From assembly GCF_036321535.1 (NCBI RefSeq), contig NC_087436.1:20772001-20836000 (forward strand): DNA of 64,000 bases, given 5' to 3'. Positions 36,190 through 49,039 of the stretch are shown piece by piece (position 1 is the first letter of the stretch; each line of letters opens with the position of its first letter). This DNA comes from Camelus dromedarius. Its lineage: Eukaryota. The position numbers were made by a program, and so were the translations under genes. Under the pieces are notes generated by a model. It did not search any database. It saw only the letters and a list, made by a program, of their open reading frames with translations, and was not told the DNA's origin.

Positions 36190-38690
36190 TACCTTCAACT
36201 AACATAATCAATAGGGAAAAATTGAAAGCTTTTCCTCGAAGATCTGGTACAAGGCAAGGATGCCCACTGTCACCACTTCTATTCAACAGGGTACTGGAAA
36301 TCCTAGGCAGAACAAATAGGCAAGAAAAATCAGATGACTGCACAAAAAACTGTTAGAACTAATAAGCAGATTCAGTAAAGTTGCAGGATACAAGATCAAC
36401 ATACAAAAATCAGCTGTGTTTCTATACACTAACAATGTACTATCCAAAAAGGAAATCAAATAAGCAACTGCATTTACAATAGCATAAAAAAGAATAAAAT
36501 ACTTAGGAATAAATTTAACCAAAGAGATAAAAGATCTAAACACTGAAAACTATAAAACATTGATGAAAGAAATTAAGCAAAACATAAATAAATGGAAAAG
36601 TATTTTGTATTCACAGAATGGAAGAATTAATATTGTTAAAATGTTCATAGAACCCAAAGTGATCTATAGACTTAATGCAAAATTCCAATGGCATTTTTTC
36701 ACAGAAATAGAAAAATAAAACAGTGCTAAAAACTCGTATGGAACCACAAAAGACCCTTAATAGCCAGGGCAATCTTGAGAAAGAGGAACAAAATTGAAGG
36801 CATTACACTTCCTGATTTCAAATTACTGATACTACAAAGCTAATAATCAAAACAATGTGGTTCTGGCACAAAGCAGACACATAAACCAATGGAATAGAAT
36901 AGACAGCCTAGAAATAAACCCATACATTTGTGGTCAACTAATCTTCAATAAGGCCCCCAAGAATGGGGAAAATATAGTCTCTTCAATAAATAGTATTGGG
37001 AAAACTGGCTAGCCACGTGCAAAATAATGAAACTGGACCTTTACGCTACACCATACACAGATAACAACTCAAAATTGGTGAGACTTAAACTTTAAGTCCT
37101 GAAACTGTGAAACTCCTAGAAGAAGCATAGAGAAAGAGCTCCTTGATACTGCTCTTGGCAGTGATTTTTTTAACATGACACCGAAAGAACCAGCAACAAA
37201 AGAACACGTGAAACTACGTCAAACTAAAAAGCTTCAGGAAAGCAAAGGAAACAATCAACAAAATGAAAAGGAAGCCTACAGAAGGGGAGAAAATATTTGC
37301 AAACCATGTATCTGATAAGAAATTAATATCCAAAATATATAAGGAGCTCATACAACTCAAAAGCAAAAAACCAAGTAATTTGATTAAAAACTGGGCAGAG
37401 GACCTGAATAGACATTTTTCCAAAGAAAATATACAAATGACCAATGAGTATATGAAGAAGTGCTCAGCATCACTAATCATCAGGCAAATAAAAATCAAAA
37501 CCACAGTGAGATATCACCTCACACCTGTCAGAATGGCTATTATCAAAATAACAAGAGATATCAAGTGTTGGCGAGGGCTGCAGAGAAAAAAGGACTCCTG
37601 TGCACCATTGATGTGAATGTAAATTGGTACAGCTACTATGGAAAACAATATGGAGGTTCCCCCCCAAATTAAACTACCATATGATCCAACAATCCCACTT
37701 CTGAGTATATATCCCTAGATATCGTGATTTATAATAAGAAATATATACTTGGTATTCATCTCTGTTCCTGAGCTCCTGAAGCCCTCGAATTTCCTGTGAT
37801 AAGAGTTAAAAAGATGTCTTTCATTATATTAATAAGGTGATTTTTGGAAAGCGTCTAAGGATGGGAGCTACCTGCCAGGAGAGCCTTGTGATTCGAGGGT
37901 AGGGACTTTCAGTGCTGCCCTCCAAACTCCCAGGAGAGGAGAGGAGCTGAAGTGCCAATCAATCAGCAATGCTCAATGATTTCATCAATTGTGCTTAAGT
38001 AGTGGAAAAGCCATTAAAAACCCCAATAGGACAGGATTTGGAGAGCTTCTAGGTTGGTGAATCAGAATGCACCCTCTACTGCTGTGCCAAGCTCCAAACT
38101 CCATGGGGATAAAAGCTCCTTTGTTTGTGATCTCACCCTACATATCTCTTTATCTGGCTGTTGATTTGTGTCCTATAAGATGCTATGTAATAAACTAGTA
38201 GTCAAGTGAGTAAACTGGTTTCCTGAGGTCTCTGAGCTGCTCTAGCAAATTAATAGAACCTAAGGAAGAGGTCGTGGGGACCTCCAAAATATAGCTAGTT
38301 GGTCAGGAGCACAGGTAACAACCTAGACTTGCAACTGGAATCTGAAGCGGTGAGGGGCTTAACCCTTAACCTAAGGCTATCTATGGAGAGTGTCAGAATT
38401 GAATTGAATTGTAGGGCACCCAGCTAGTGTCAGAGAACTGCTTGGTGTGGGAAGAAACCCATACATTGGAGTTGATGTCAGAATCACATATGCAAAGGAA
38501 ATGAAATCAGTATCTGAAAGAGACATCTGCACTCTCATGGTCATTGTAGCCATTCACAATAGCCAAGATACGGAAGCAACTTAAATGTTTGTCCACAGGT
38601 GAATGGATAAGAAATTGTGGTTTATTTATACAATGGACTATTATTCAGTCTTTAAAAATGACATCCTGCCATTTGTGTCAATATAGATGA
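36190..38690 (+). mobile_element. LINE-1 ORF2 fragment (L1MA-type; RT to C-terminus), interrupted by a MER21-like LTR
   Basis: 36249-36288 encodes [13 protein letters not shown] of the RT. ORF 37263-37616 has [20 protein letters not shown]...[16 protein letters not shown]1 sequence resumes at about 38489. Many frameshifts. Confidence 0.95.
37712..38488 (+). mobile_element. Solo LTR, MER21-like, nested in L1
   Basis: Colinear with 12818-13690 (gtgatttataataagaaatata, ctaaggatgggagct, ctctagcaaattaatagaacctaagg, gtcagaattgaattgaattgtagg). Confidence 0.88.
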
Positions 38691-40769
38691 GATGTACTTC
38701 ACCTCTACTTGGGGAGGGGTTGAGGGGTGATGAGGTGTCCCACTAAAATTTTGGCTACAAGAATTAGTTCAGGGCTGGGAAACAAGCAACAAGTCAAAGA
38801 AACCAGGACCCCAAACTGGTTTTTGTTCAGAGTTCTCTTCCCATATAACTTGCATGAGGATCCACATAGCCCAGGGAGATCTCTAGGGTAGGGCCTACCC
38901 AAGAAGGGGAGCAATACCACAGAAATGGATTGGAGAAATGTGGAGAAACTAGCTCCCGGCACAGTGTTTGAACCTTGGGTCAAGCCTTGTCTGCAGCCAG
39001 TTCTGCCCTGAATGGTCAGTTATCAATCATTCTCTATCCTGCTCAAGGCAGATTGCTTACATTTTTCCTTTCTATATTTGTAACTGGAAGAGTCCTTCCA
39101 ACACAGTGTGTATGTGTGTGTTTGTGTGGGTATGTATCACAAAACTGCTGCTATCCTGAGTGTGAAGTTGATACACTGCTTTCTCCTTCATGTAATACTA
39201 CATCATGAGTAATTTCTGATACCGTTAAATCCTCCTCAAAAATATGACTAACAGCATATAATATCACACAGAATGGATGTGTCATCTTTTGTTGAAATAG
39301 TTCCTCCTGTTGAGTATTTAGGGGGCCTCCTAAGCTTCCAAGCATTTGTGTCCATTTCCTCAATCTCCGTCGACAATTTTGCATCATTCTATTGTTCAAA
39401 ATGGCCTCTTCGTGTTTCTGTCTGCTCTTATGAGCCTTAGGCTTTTCCACAGGCCTGAGATAAATCTATCATGTTCCATCCATCCATCCATCCTCCATTG
39501 TTTGCTTACAATTTTCTTCCAAGTGTCACTCTCTTCAAGAAGCCTAACCCTAAAAACGTGGCTCAAAACCACTCATTACAGTATCACAGATAATCAATCT
39601 TTGCCAAATCATCCAAAGAAAACGATTTCTTGCTTAAAAGGAAGAAAATCATACGTAGCTGGTGAAAACGTTCTCCTTGAGTTTGCTCACCATGCTAGGA
39701 CCTCAAAGGTATTCCATCAATACAAGAAAATGGCAAGTCCATGATCCTTTATTATAACTTCTAGGTTGGTGAGTTCTTCCTTCTAAACTCTCGCCATCAG
39801 TTCATTTCTCAAGATCCTTTATTAGTTCCAGAGGCAGTGTATAGAGAGTAACAAAGGACCGTGGCATCAATTCATTCTCCTCGCATAGCAGACATAGAAG
39901 ACTCCAGAAAGCAACTCAGAGCACTGGAATGTTGCAAATTGGTGCTGTTTCCTTTGGGACCAGAGGTTTGGATGGACAGATGTGCAGCGCTGAGTGGAGT
40001 GGGTTCCTTTATTTTGGCAGGCAGCTGCACAGCATTTGGTGGTGATGAAGGTGATCATCTGTGCTGCATTTTCTTGCTTTTTACCTTTGAAGTTTAGCTC
40101 CAGAGGAAGAGAGCTGATGCCATTGGTCTCTGTGAAGCCCCTTTCCTCTATTCATCCAGGTTTTAATTTTAATATAGACTGCTAAATGTCCTATTTGAAT
40201 CATCCATAACTTTCTGTGTCTTGTTTCTGCTCTGTAAAATGGAGGTAAAATTCTTCACAGAATATGAAACTCAAAGGACACCACACATGCTGAAAACTGA
40301 GGAACCATGACAGTTTCACGAGTTATCTTAGATAAAGGAAATCTGTAATGGTTCCGAAGGGTTTTAAAAATATGTACTTTATGAAGACAGAATGATCTAG
40401 AATGAGCAAGTCCATATAATGGAATGAAAACTCTTTACAATTTATTAAATAATTAACTTAAGATTAATTATACAGGCAACAAAGTCCAAATACTCTTCGA
40501 CGTAAACGTGATCCCCCCTTAAGGTTACTCTTATTCAGGTGTCAACTAAATGAAATCTCCATGTGGGCTAGAGCACATTCTTGCTTTACCAAGTGGGTGA
40601 AGCCGTCCTCTTCATGTAGCCTATTTTTGGTTGTTATAATATTATTACTTACTTGTATTAGTGCCTTAAAGAAACTAATATAGAGACCTTCACTTCCTGG
40701 TCCACAGTTCCTCACCATTCCTCACCTATATTTCTAAAGAGGTTGACTTTCTTGAATCATATGTTCACA

Positions 40770-40955
40770 GAGGGCCTGCAGCTGGTGACCGTGTCTTCCT
40801 GGGCCTTGTTCTAGATCTGGTTACGTTCCACCGAGAGGTGAGTAGGCTGCGGGAAGGCAGGGCCCTTGCTAGCTTGTTTCCTATGGCATCTCAGGACTTA
40901 ATGTCTGTCACCAGCTAGGCCCTCAAAAATATTTTTTAGAGGTTGCATGAATGAT
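40770..40955 (+). mobile_element. LINE-2 3' terminus
   Basis: gggaaggcagggcccttgctagcttgttt...ctaggccctcaaaaatattttt...tgcatgaatga. Confidence 0.5.
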
Positions 40956-40989
40956 CATAATTGTAATGCTAACAGTTGTATCCGTGGAT

Positions 40990-41848
40990 GTGTTACTTTT
41001 GGTTTTCTATGGCTGCTGTAACACATCACCACAGACTTGATGGCTTAAAAGAGTGTACATTTATTATCTTAGAGTTCTTTATTTTATTTTTTAAACAATT
41101 TTATTGTGGTATGTTCCTGTACAGTAAACTACACATATTTCAAATGTACAATCTGTTGAATTTTCATAGATGTATGTACCTTTGAAACCACAACCACAAT
41201 CAAGATACCTAACATGTCCATCACTCCCCCGAGAGGTGCAAGTTTTGAACTACCAATTTATCCCTTCCGACCCCCTTTACCCCCTGGTAACTATAAGTTT
41301 GTATGATCTTAAGAGTTCTTTAGATCAGAAGTCCGGAAAGGGTCTCCCTAGGCTCAAGCCAAGATGCCGACAGATTGCATTCCCTTCCAGAGGCTCTGGG
41401 GAAGAATCTCTTTCTTTGCTCAAACACGTTGTCAGCAGAATTCCGTCCCTTGTATTTATAGGACTGAGGTCCCCGTTTGCTGGCTTTCTGCTGAGGGAGG
41501 TTCCCAGCTTCAAGAGGCTGCCTGCAAATTTTGGCTCCTGGCCCCTTCCTCCATCTCCACCCAGCACTATAGCAGTTTGAGTCTATCTCAGGCTTCAACT
41601 CTCTCTCTTTTTCTTTTTCTTTTCTGTCATTATGTCTTTCTCTGACCATCTCTTCCACTGTCTTCTGCTATTAAGGACCCATGTGATCACATTGGGCCCA
41701 TCCAGATAATCCATGACCATAATCTCAGCTCCTTAGTCACCTTGATTCCATCTGCAACTTGAATTGCCTTTTGTCATGTAACAGAACATAGTCACAGGTT
41801 CTGGGGATTGGGATGTGGACATCTTTGGGGACCATTATTTCTACTGCA
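40990..41848 (-). mobile_element. MaLR LTR (MLT1D-like) with a nested L1 3' end
   Basis: ttttctatggctgctgtaacacatcaccacagactt...gaggctctggggaagaatc...aaggacccatgtgatcacattgggcccatccagataatcca...ggttctggggattgggatgtggacatctttgggg. Confidence 0.88.
41082..41305 (-). mobile_element. L1 3' end (L1MB/MC-like) inserted in MLT1
   Basis: Poly(T), then acagtaaactacacatatttcaaatgtacaat...gaaaccacaaccacaatcaagata. Duplicated flank atctta(a)gagttcttta on both sides. Confidence 0.8.
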
Positions 41849-41869
41849 TTAGATTAAGAACTTCCCATT

Positions 41870-42042
41870 TGATATTCATAACTAGCCTATGAGGGAAATT
41901 ATTGTTATTTTTATTGATAGATGATAAAGTAGAGGTCCACAGAGGTTAAATAGCTTGTCCAAGACTATAACACTGGTAGAGGGCAGGCTAGTATTCCAAA
42001 ATAGTCTGTTTGAGTCAATAGCATACCTGTGAACCACTGCCT
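41870..42042 (-). mobile_element. MIR SINE
   Basis: tagatgataaagtagaggtccacagaggttaaatagcttgtccaagactataacactggtagagggcagg. Confidence 0.7.
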
Positions 42043-42251
42043 GGTTATTTGGTGTTTATATGATTATGATGGAAATGATTCCCCTAAGAGTTGTTCCGTA
42101 TACAGTATGCCTAACTGTACATGGCAGTTCTGACTACTAACATATATGCCTTTGATTTTCCCAGTATTGTGGTGGTGGAAATGATGATATCCCTCTTTAT
42201 TTTCTGGAAGAAATGAGGAAATCCAGGCTGAGATTAACCTGAAAAGTGCTT

Positions 42252-42668
42252 CCCAAACTCCTAATTTATCCCTCCCCTCCTTTCCCCTTTCGTAACCATA
42301 GGTTTGTCTTCTATATCTGTGAGTCTGTCTTTGTTATGCAAATAAGTCCATTTGTGTCATTTTTTAGATTCCATGTATAAGTGATAGCATATGATATTTG
42401 TCTTTCTCTGTCTGACTTACTTCACTTAGTATCATATACTCTAGGTCCATCCATGTTGCTGCAAGTGGCAATATTTCATTCTTTTTTTAACAGCTGAGTA
42501 ATATTCCATTGTATATAGGTACCACATCTTCTTTATCCATTCATCTGTTGATGAACACTTAGGTTGCTTCCATGTCTTGGCTATTGTAAATAGTGCTGCT
42601 ATGAACATTGAGGTGCATGTGTCATTTTGAATTAGCGTTTTCATCTTTTCTGACTATATGCCCAGGAG
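42252..42668 (-). mobile_element. LINE-1 ORF2 end/3' UTR fragment
   Basis: Minus ORF 42441-42644: TLIQNDTCTSMFIAALFTIAKTWKQPKCSSTDEWIKKMWY. Confidence 0.93.
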
Positions 42669-42685
42669 TTTCTGCCTTTATTTTT

Positions 42686-42690
42686 GAAGA

Positions 42691-42738
<48 letters not shown>

Positions 42739-42887
42739 GGGGTTTTTTTGTGTGTGTGTGGAGGGGAGGGAGGTAATTAGGTTTATTTATTTATTTATTT
42801 ATTTTTAGTGGAAGTACTGGGGATTGAACCCAGGACGTCGTGCATGCAAAGCATGCCCTCTACCACATGAGCTATACCCTCCCCTCC
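42686..42887 (-). mobile_element. tRNA-derived camelid SINE (vic-1 type)
   Basis: ctggggattgaacccaggac...gcatgccctctaccacatgagctataccctcccc, with (TTTA)n. Flanking direct repeat ctgcctttatttttgaag at 42672-42689 and 42888-42905. Confidence 0.95.
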
Positions 42888-43745
42888 CTGCCTTTATTTT
42901 TGAAGGATACTGTTACTGGATATAGAATTCTAGAATTCTAGGTTGGTAGCTATTTTTTTTCCTTTCAATGGCTTCAAGATGTCATTCCTTTTTCCTCTGC
43001 ATTTCCTCGTTTCCATTGAAAAATCAACGGTCAGTCTTAGTGTCATTCCTCTAAAGGTTGTGTGCTTTTTCCTTAGGGTTTTTTGAAAATTTTCTCCTTC
43101 TTGTTGATTTTCATGATATGCCTAGGTGTAGTTTTCATTGTATTTCCTGTCTTTAGGGTTTGATAAAACTCTTGAATCTGTGGACTGATGTTTTCACCAA
43201 CTTTGAAAAATTCTTGGATATTATCTTTTCAAATATTGCTCCTGCTCCGTTTTTTCCTTCTCTATTTTTGTCTCTTTCTGGGATTCCAATTCCATGTAAA
43301 TTCAACATTTTTACTAATACCACATTTCTTTATGCTCAGCTTTATTTTATCCAATCTTTTTCCTTTCTGTGTTTCACTTTGGATACTTTCTTTTGATCTG
43401 TCTTTTAATGTAATTATGCTATTTTCTGTAGCTCAATTTGCTGTTATTTAAGACTTATTTTCTGATATTATATTTTATAGTTCTAGGGTATGAATCTGAT
43501 TCTTTGTAATAAGTCCCATTTTCTGTTGAACTTCTACATCTTTTCATCAATGTTGTCCTTTTTTCCCTTTTAGTTATTTGATATATTAGAACTGGTTATT
43601 TCAAAGCCCTTGTGTGCTAACTCCAATATCTGAATCATTTAAAGATCTCCAACCAGTATGTTTTATTTCCTTGATTATTAGCCTCATTACCAGGCTCTCC
43701 ACAAATCTAGTAATTTTTAGATTTATGACAGACATTGTGTGTACT
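42888..43745 (-). mobile_element. Old L1 (L1M/L1ME) ORF1-region fragment
   Basis: tttgaaggatactgttactggatatagaattctag...tcttgaatctgtggactgatg...cattatcttttcaaatatt-like sequence, parallel to the L1 at 580-1400. Confidence 0.75.
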
Positions 43746-44149
43746 GATCTTTAGAAGCTTCAGATGATACCTCCTACCAATGGGATCTCCACATTAGGGA
43801 CTGATCATCTCATTCCAACCTTCATTACTCTGAGCTGGGACTGGGTTGAAGATCAGTATGATTCGATTTGAATCAGTTCACCTTGACTTCTCAGGCATGT
43901 TCTTGCAGGTCTTTTTATTGAACTCCTTGCAGGTCTCTATCATCTTCCTCTTGAAAGACTGTGGGAGACTCAGTCTGCCCTTCAGAGGTTTGAGATTTTG
44001 GTCCTTTGCCTCCTGCTCCCCACTGCTTTCAACTTGGACAAATGTATTGAGGAGGAATCCAACACAGGAATCTGTGTTTGAGGCAGATCCTCAAGTGGGA
44101 CTTTGTCTCTTAAACACCTTGGTACTACAGGAGATTTCAGTTTGCTTTG

Positions 44150-44499
44150 TTTTTTTTAATATATTTTGTTGAAGTATAGTCATTTTACAATGTTGTGTTA
44201 ATTTCTGGTGTACAGCACAATGCTTCAGTCATACATGAACATACATATATTCATTTTTGCATTCTTTTTAACCATAAGTTACTGCAAGATATTGAATATA
44301 GTTTCCTGTGCTACATAGTATAAAATTGTTGTTTATTGGATTTTGTGAGAATCCTCCTGTATTTTGAAATGAGAGACACTCTGCCAGAGTTCAGTAGGTG
44401 TTCTGTGTGATTCAGTGGGTTTGTAGATGCAATTCTTGGTGTACTTGGGGGAGAGGGTGAGCTGTGAGTGTCTCTACTCCACCATCTTGGCTCAACCTC
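44150..44499 (-). mobile_element. Bipartite mini-L1: L1 5' terminus fused to L1 3' terminus, TSD-flanked
   Basis: The minus strand starts gaggttgagccAAGATGGtggagtag...cacagaacacctactgaac (L1 5' UTR start), switches at 44337/44336 to ataaacaac...tatacttcaacaaaa (L1 3' end) and ends in A8. TSD tcagtttgcttt at 44137-44148 and 44500-44511. Confidence 0.85.
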
Positions 44500-46099
44500 T
44501 CAGTTTGCTTTCTAAAAGCTTCCTAGTCCCAGAATTCAGCAAATACACTATGGGAAAAACTAACCATGTGTTAAGATGTCTGAAGTTTCCAACTGTCCCA
44601 CCAACTCGACATGACCACTAAAAGCTTTGCTGATTTCTCATTCTCCCAGTGAAGATCCTCTGCAGGCCAAACCCAGTCATCAGCCCATGTCTAGAATTGG
44701 CAAATCCTCCACAGAAAATTGTCAGGGACAGACTGCTCATCTCAGAAGACCTTTCCTTTCTATGGATTGTTTAATTCTCCTGACTCCTCAACTTTCCAAG
44801 TCCTTTTAAAAGAAGGTTTTTTTTTTTTTTTTTTTGCAATATAACTTTTTTTAAAGTTATTATGGTAGAAATAGTAGAAATATTGTCACCTACTATTTCA
44901 TACCTGGAACCAGAAGACTAAATAAATATATTTGAATAAATGAACGAGTTTCTCAAAAGGAATCTGCAAGAATGTAATGTTATGATATGTGTAAATTATG
45001 TAGCAGAATAATGTTGACTGATATATTAAATTTATTTAAGTTATTGCTATAATTGGCTTATAGTATGTAACTTTTCACTCTATTAGTTGGTAGTTTCAGT
45101 CTGTTGTCATTTTGAGTACAGTCACATTTTTCTCACTAGGCCTTTAAGAACATCTGACTCTGCTTGTATCTCATGTTTTTGTGGATCAGAGTAATTTTGT
45201 ACCCTTGCTTGTTAACCTTTTCATAATTTGGAAGCATCTTGCTTCCTTAAATCTTCTTTTTTCTTTTTCTCTTCTCATCTTGCCCATAGAGTTAAGATCA
45301 TATCTGCCACGATGTGGTCTCCACACGAGATTGTGGGTCACATGTCACAGTGATCATGGTGATGTGTTCTACCTGGCAGTCTTCAGCGGAGCTGGTGAAT
45401 GAAAGGCTCTGTTGTGTGGCTCTGTTCATTTTTCAGGGGTAAACATACTTCAGAAACTTTGAAACCACTACAGCACTTGATGCAGTTTGGGAGAACAAAA
45501 GTGGGGTCAGGTTCTTGACTTAACAAGACACAGTGAAACCTAGAATTCAAGGGAATAGAAGCCAATGTTGGTATTCAGACAGCATTAAAATATTCTTGGT
45601 GGGTCTTATTGAAACTGATTATCTTTTGGTTCTGTGATTCATTTGCCGTAGTCAGAGAGCGTTCTAATTGGCTTGGTGTCATTAATGACTCTTTCCCCTT
45701 CCAACCATTTTTTAAAAAAGCACAAACAAACAAAAGCCAGGAGATAAATGACTATGTCGTTCCCACTCTCAGTTGGCCTAGTTGCTACATTTTCAAGCAG
45801 TGTTCAGTAGCATACAGAAGTTGCAAACAGCTTTAGACAGGAATTAACTATCTAGGATAATTCTTTCAAGCCGTTTAGAGTGTTGTGTTAGGATTCTTAC
45901 CCTTCCGGTTGTCAATAAGGTAGAGCAATGCACATTAAGAAAGTAAGCTAGGGTTTGCTTTCGATCATCTTGAACATTGGATGTGACGTGAAAATCTTGC
46001 TGCCCTTTAATTTCTTTCTACACACAAGAGACTTAATTGGCCTTACTACCCTGTAACATGTCATTGTATTTATGATCATTTGTCTAGCAAACCGTACTT

Positions 46100-46290
46100 T
46101 CAATGTACTTTATAATCACTAATCAGCTATTCAACACAACAGCCCTATGAACTAGGTCAGTTGAATTATCTCCAACTTACAAATGTACCAACAGAGACAC
46201 TAAGAGATTGAGAGACATGCCTAAGGGCATACAGCAAGCCAGAACAGAGAAGCAAGTTAGAACCCATGAGTTCTTGACGCTCAGTCCCTG
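46100..46290 (-). mobile_element. MIR SINE (degraded)
   Basis: cacaacagccctatgaactagg...attatctccaacttacaaatg...acatgcctaagggcatacagcaag...agaacccatg. Confidence 0.6.
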
Positions 46291-48280
46291 CATGACGCTA
46301 AATATGTTATGTACACTTCAAGATTTTGAAACGGAAGGAATTTCTGACTAATGCCATGTCAGAGCAATGCTGGAAAGTTGAGGGGGTGGTGGCATTATAT
46401 TTGTACTTGGATTTTAAATCTGCCTGCACTTTACGGCAAATGCAACTTGCAAATGTTGCATTAAAATATGATTTAGAGAGATTTCATTGATTTTGTGCAC
46501 TGAGCTTCTTCTGAGTTTTCATGTTATCATCAATAGGTCACAGTAGCCCAGCCAGGAAGAAGAGGGCCCTCAGAACGTCAAGTTCAGTGATGAGTGTAGA
46601 ATTTCTCCAACTCCAGCTCTAGGTTTGATTTACCCAAGCAAAAGCAAAATAACATTGCTTTGGTCAGTCTTTCAGGGGAAAAGTCAGAAACCCATTCTCT
46701 CATTGATAAATGTGCCAGGTCCAGCCCTGGGTCCTAGAGAAACAATTCTTGAGTAAAGGACAGTTGAGCACAGATAAAATAATGTTCAAAGTATTTTTAA
46801 CAAGTCATGTTGTGTAAGCACATTAGCTTCTTGGCCTATAATCAGTGGTTTCCTGGCTTGTTGCATGTGCCATGCCTGGTCTGGCCTCGGTGTGGCAATG
46901 AATCCTGTGATTAGCCAGCTACAGGAAAGGCAGCAACAGTAACCGACCTAATTTTAAACCCTTTAAATGGCAACCGAATGACATTGAAGCACAACAAATA
47001 CAACCCATTAACCATGCTTGATGGGAGGAAATGGTAACTCTTAAGAAAGAATAGAAACCCTTTGGGCCTAAAGCGGTTCTTCTGCTGTAGATCTTACGCC
47101 AAGAGGGACGGCCACACAGGAGGAGGACCAGCAGCTCCCAGCGGGGACTCTCTGCAGAAGTGAGTCATGCTTAGAGTAACAAGTATTTTTTCTGAATTAT
47201 TAGATGAGTGCGTGTTCTTGATCCAAATAGCAGAGGAGAGAATGAGCAAAGAGAATAGGGTGGGAGTCAGGGCAGCTGTCCAGATGGTGCCAGTGGGGAC
47301 TTGGGGGAATTTAAGAAAGGGGAATATTATGGCTGGTTTTCCTGACTAACTGCCTCAAATCCATTTTGCTAAGAGGCATCACTGGCAGTTTTTGTGCTTG
47401 CATCCAAAAGAATGTGAAAAATACCTACAAAATAAGCCAGCTGTCCCCTTTCCTTTCCTGAATAATAGTAACTGTCTATCTTTTGATGTGCTGATTTTTT
47501 TTAAATCCATTTTTAGAACATTTTGCTGCTAGCAGCAATTGATTGCTTGAAAGACCCGATCCATTCAAACATGCACCCACAGGCTCAAATATAGCAGTGT
47601 TGAAACATTTCATCATTCTAATGTTCATTTTTCAAATTATGGGGAATTTTACCTACTTCTTCTCAACCACACTCAACACTCAAATGGCTTCTTAGGTCTT
47701 GAAATAATCTGTGAGGAAATATGGTTTAGAGAACCGAGTGGATAGGGTTAAACTTTATTTCTTGCTACCTTATGCTATTTAGTCCCTGCCCTGAAACTAA
47801 CACCAGCCCAGAGGTTTACCCTAAATGTCTAATCACCTGCAGGTTTCCTCATTTCTTTCAGAAACCCAGGGGAAAAAAAAAGAGGAGATGAAAGGTCAAA
47901 TAGCCTTTATGCTGTTAGTCTGTTCAAGCTGACCAGTGCTCTTAGTCTTAGGGCAGAGCTATTAAACACTTTCTTCCCCAGAATTGGGGTTGAGGAAAGG
48001 GGAGCATGAGGGAGGTGGGATGGCGGGGCTGGGAAAAGTGCTGGAACTAAGCTTCTCATTGGGCCCGCATCTCCAGGAATCTTTTGGGAAGGTTCTATCC
48101 TGTGGACCCAACTAGCTATAGCCTACTGGTTCATCTCACTTTCTTCTTCTCTGCCTTTTTAAGATCAAGTATCCAATACTCATCACTTTCCACTTGACTT
48201 CTGAAGTGGTCACGCTGTCTGGCCAACCCCTTCCTCCATCAGGCACAGGGGAAAGGGACCCCTACGCAGCGCTCGACTGT

Positions 48281-48480
48281 NNNNNNNNNNNNNNNNNNNN
48301 NNNNNNNNNNNNNNNNNNNNNNNNNNNNNNNNNNNNNNNNNNNNNNNNNNNNNNNNNNNNNNNNNNNNNNNNNNNNNNNNNNNNNNNNNNNNNNNNNNNN
48401 NNNNNNNNNNNNNNNNNNNNNNNNNNNNNNNNNNNNNNNNNNNNNNNNNNNNNNNNNNNNNNNNNNNNNNNNNNNNNNNN
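48281..48480. other. Assembly gap (200 N)
   Basis: Run of N; the true length is unknown. Confidence 1.
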
Positions 48481-49039
48481 ACAAATGATATAAGGGACCT
48501 TGCCCTCCTCCCTGATGGCATGAGTCACAAAATCACCGTGTAATGTGTCCAGTGTAGACAGGCTGGCCGTCTCTTGCTGAGCACTATGAGGGCCACTGAA
48601 GACCACGGCTTTGGAGAGTTTTTAGGCAGTTTTGCGTAGTTTCTCATGGAGAAATTACCTGCATTATCCTGATGTTAGTCAAAAGTTAAATATTGTCTAT
48701 TATTTTAAGACATTCTCTTCAATAACAAATGAAAACTTACAAACAAGGCTCAAGATGACAAGCTGAAATTTGTCAGACACCAAGGAGGACGTTCACGGAG
48801 ACACACAGGACTGAATCCTCATTTAGCTTCGAATTCTTTCAGGATCCTGAATACTACCTGATGGCAGTCTTAGGGAAATCATTAGAAATCCACGTTGAAT
48901 GTACTTCCCTTTCTGCCATATTTTACTTAGGGGAAGGGGTAACAGTTTGGGGGGAGAAAACAGTCACAATTTCAGTCGCCTATTAGACTTTGGCAGAGTT
49001 GTTTAAAGTTCAGGGCGCTTTTTTAAAAATGCAAGTCAA

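Noticed and set aside
48194..48606. ORFs spanning the N run
   Set aside because: Artefacts of the assembly gap.
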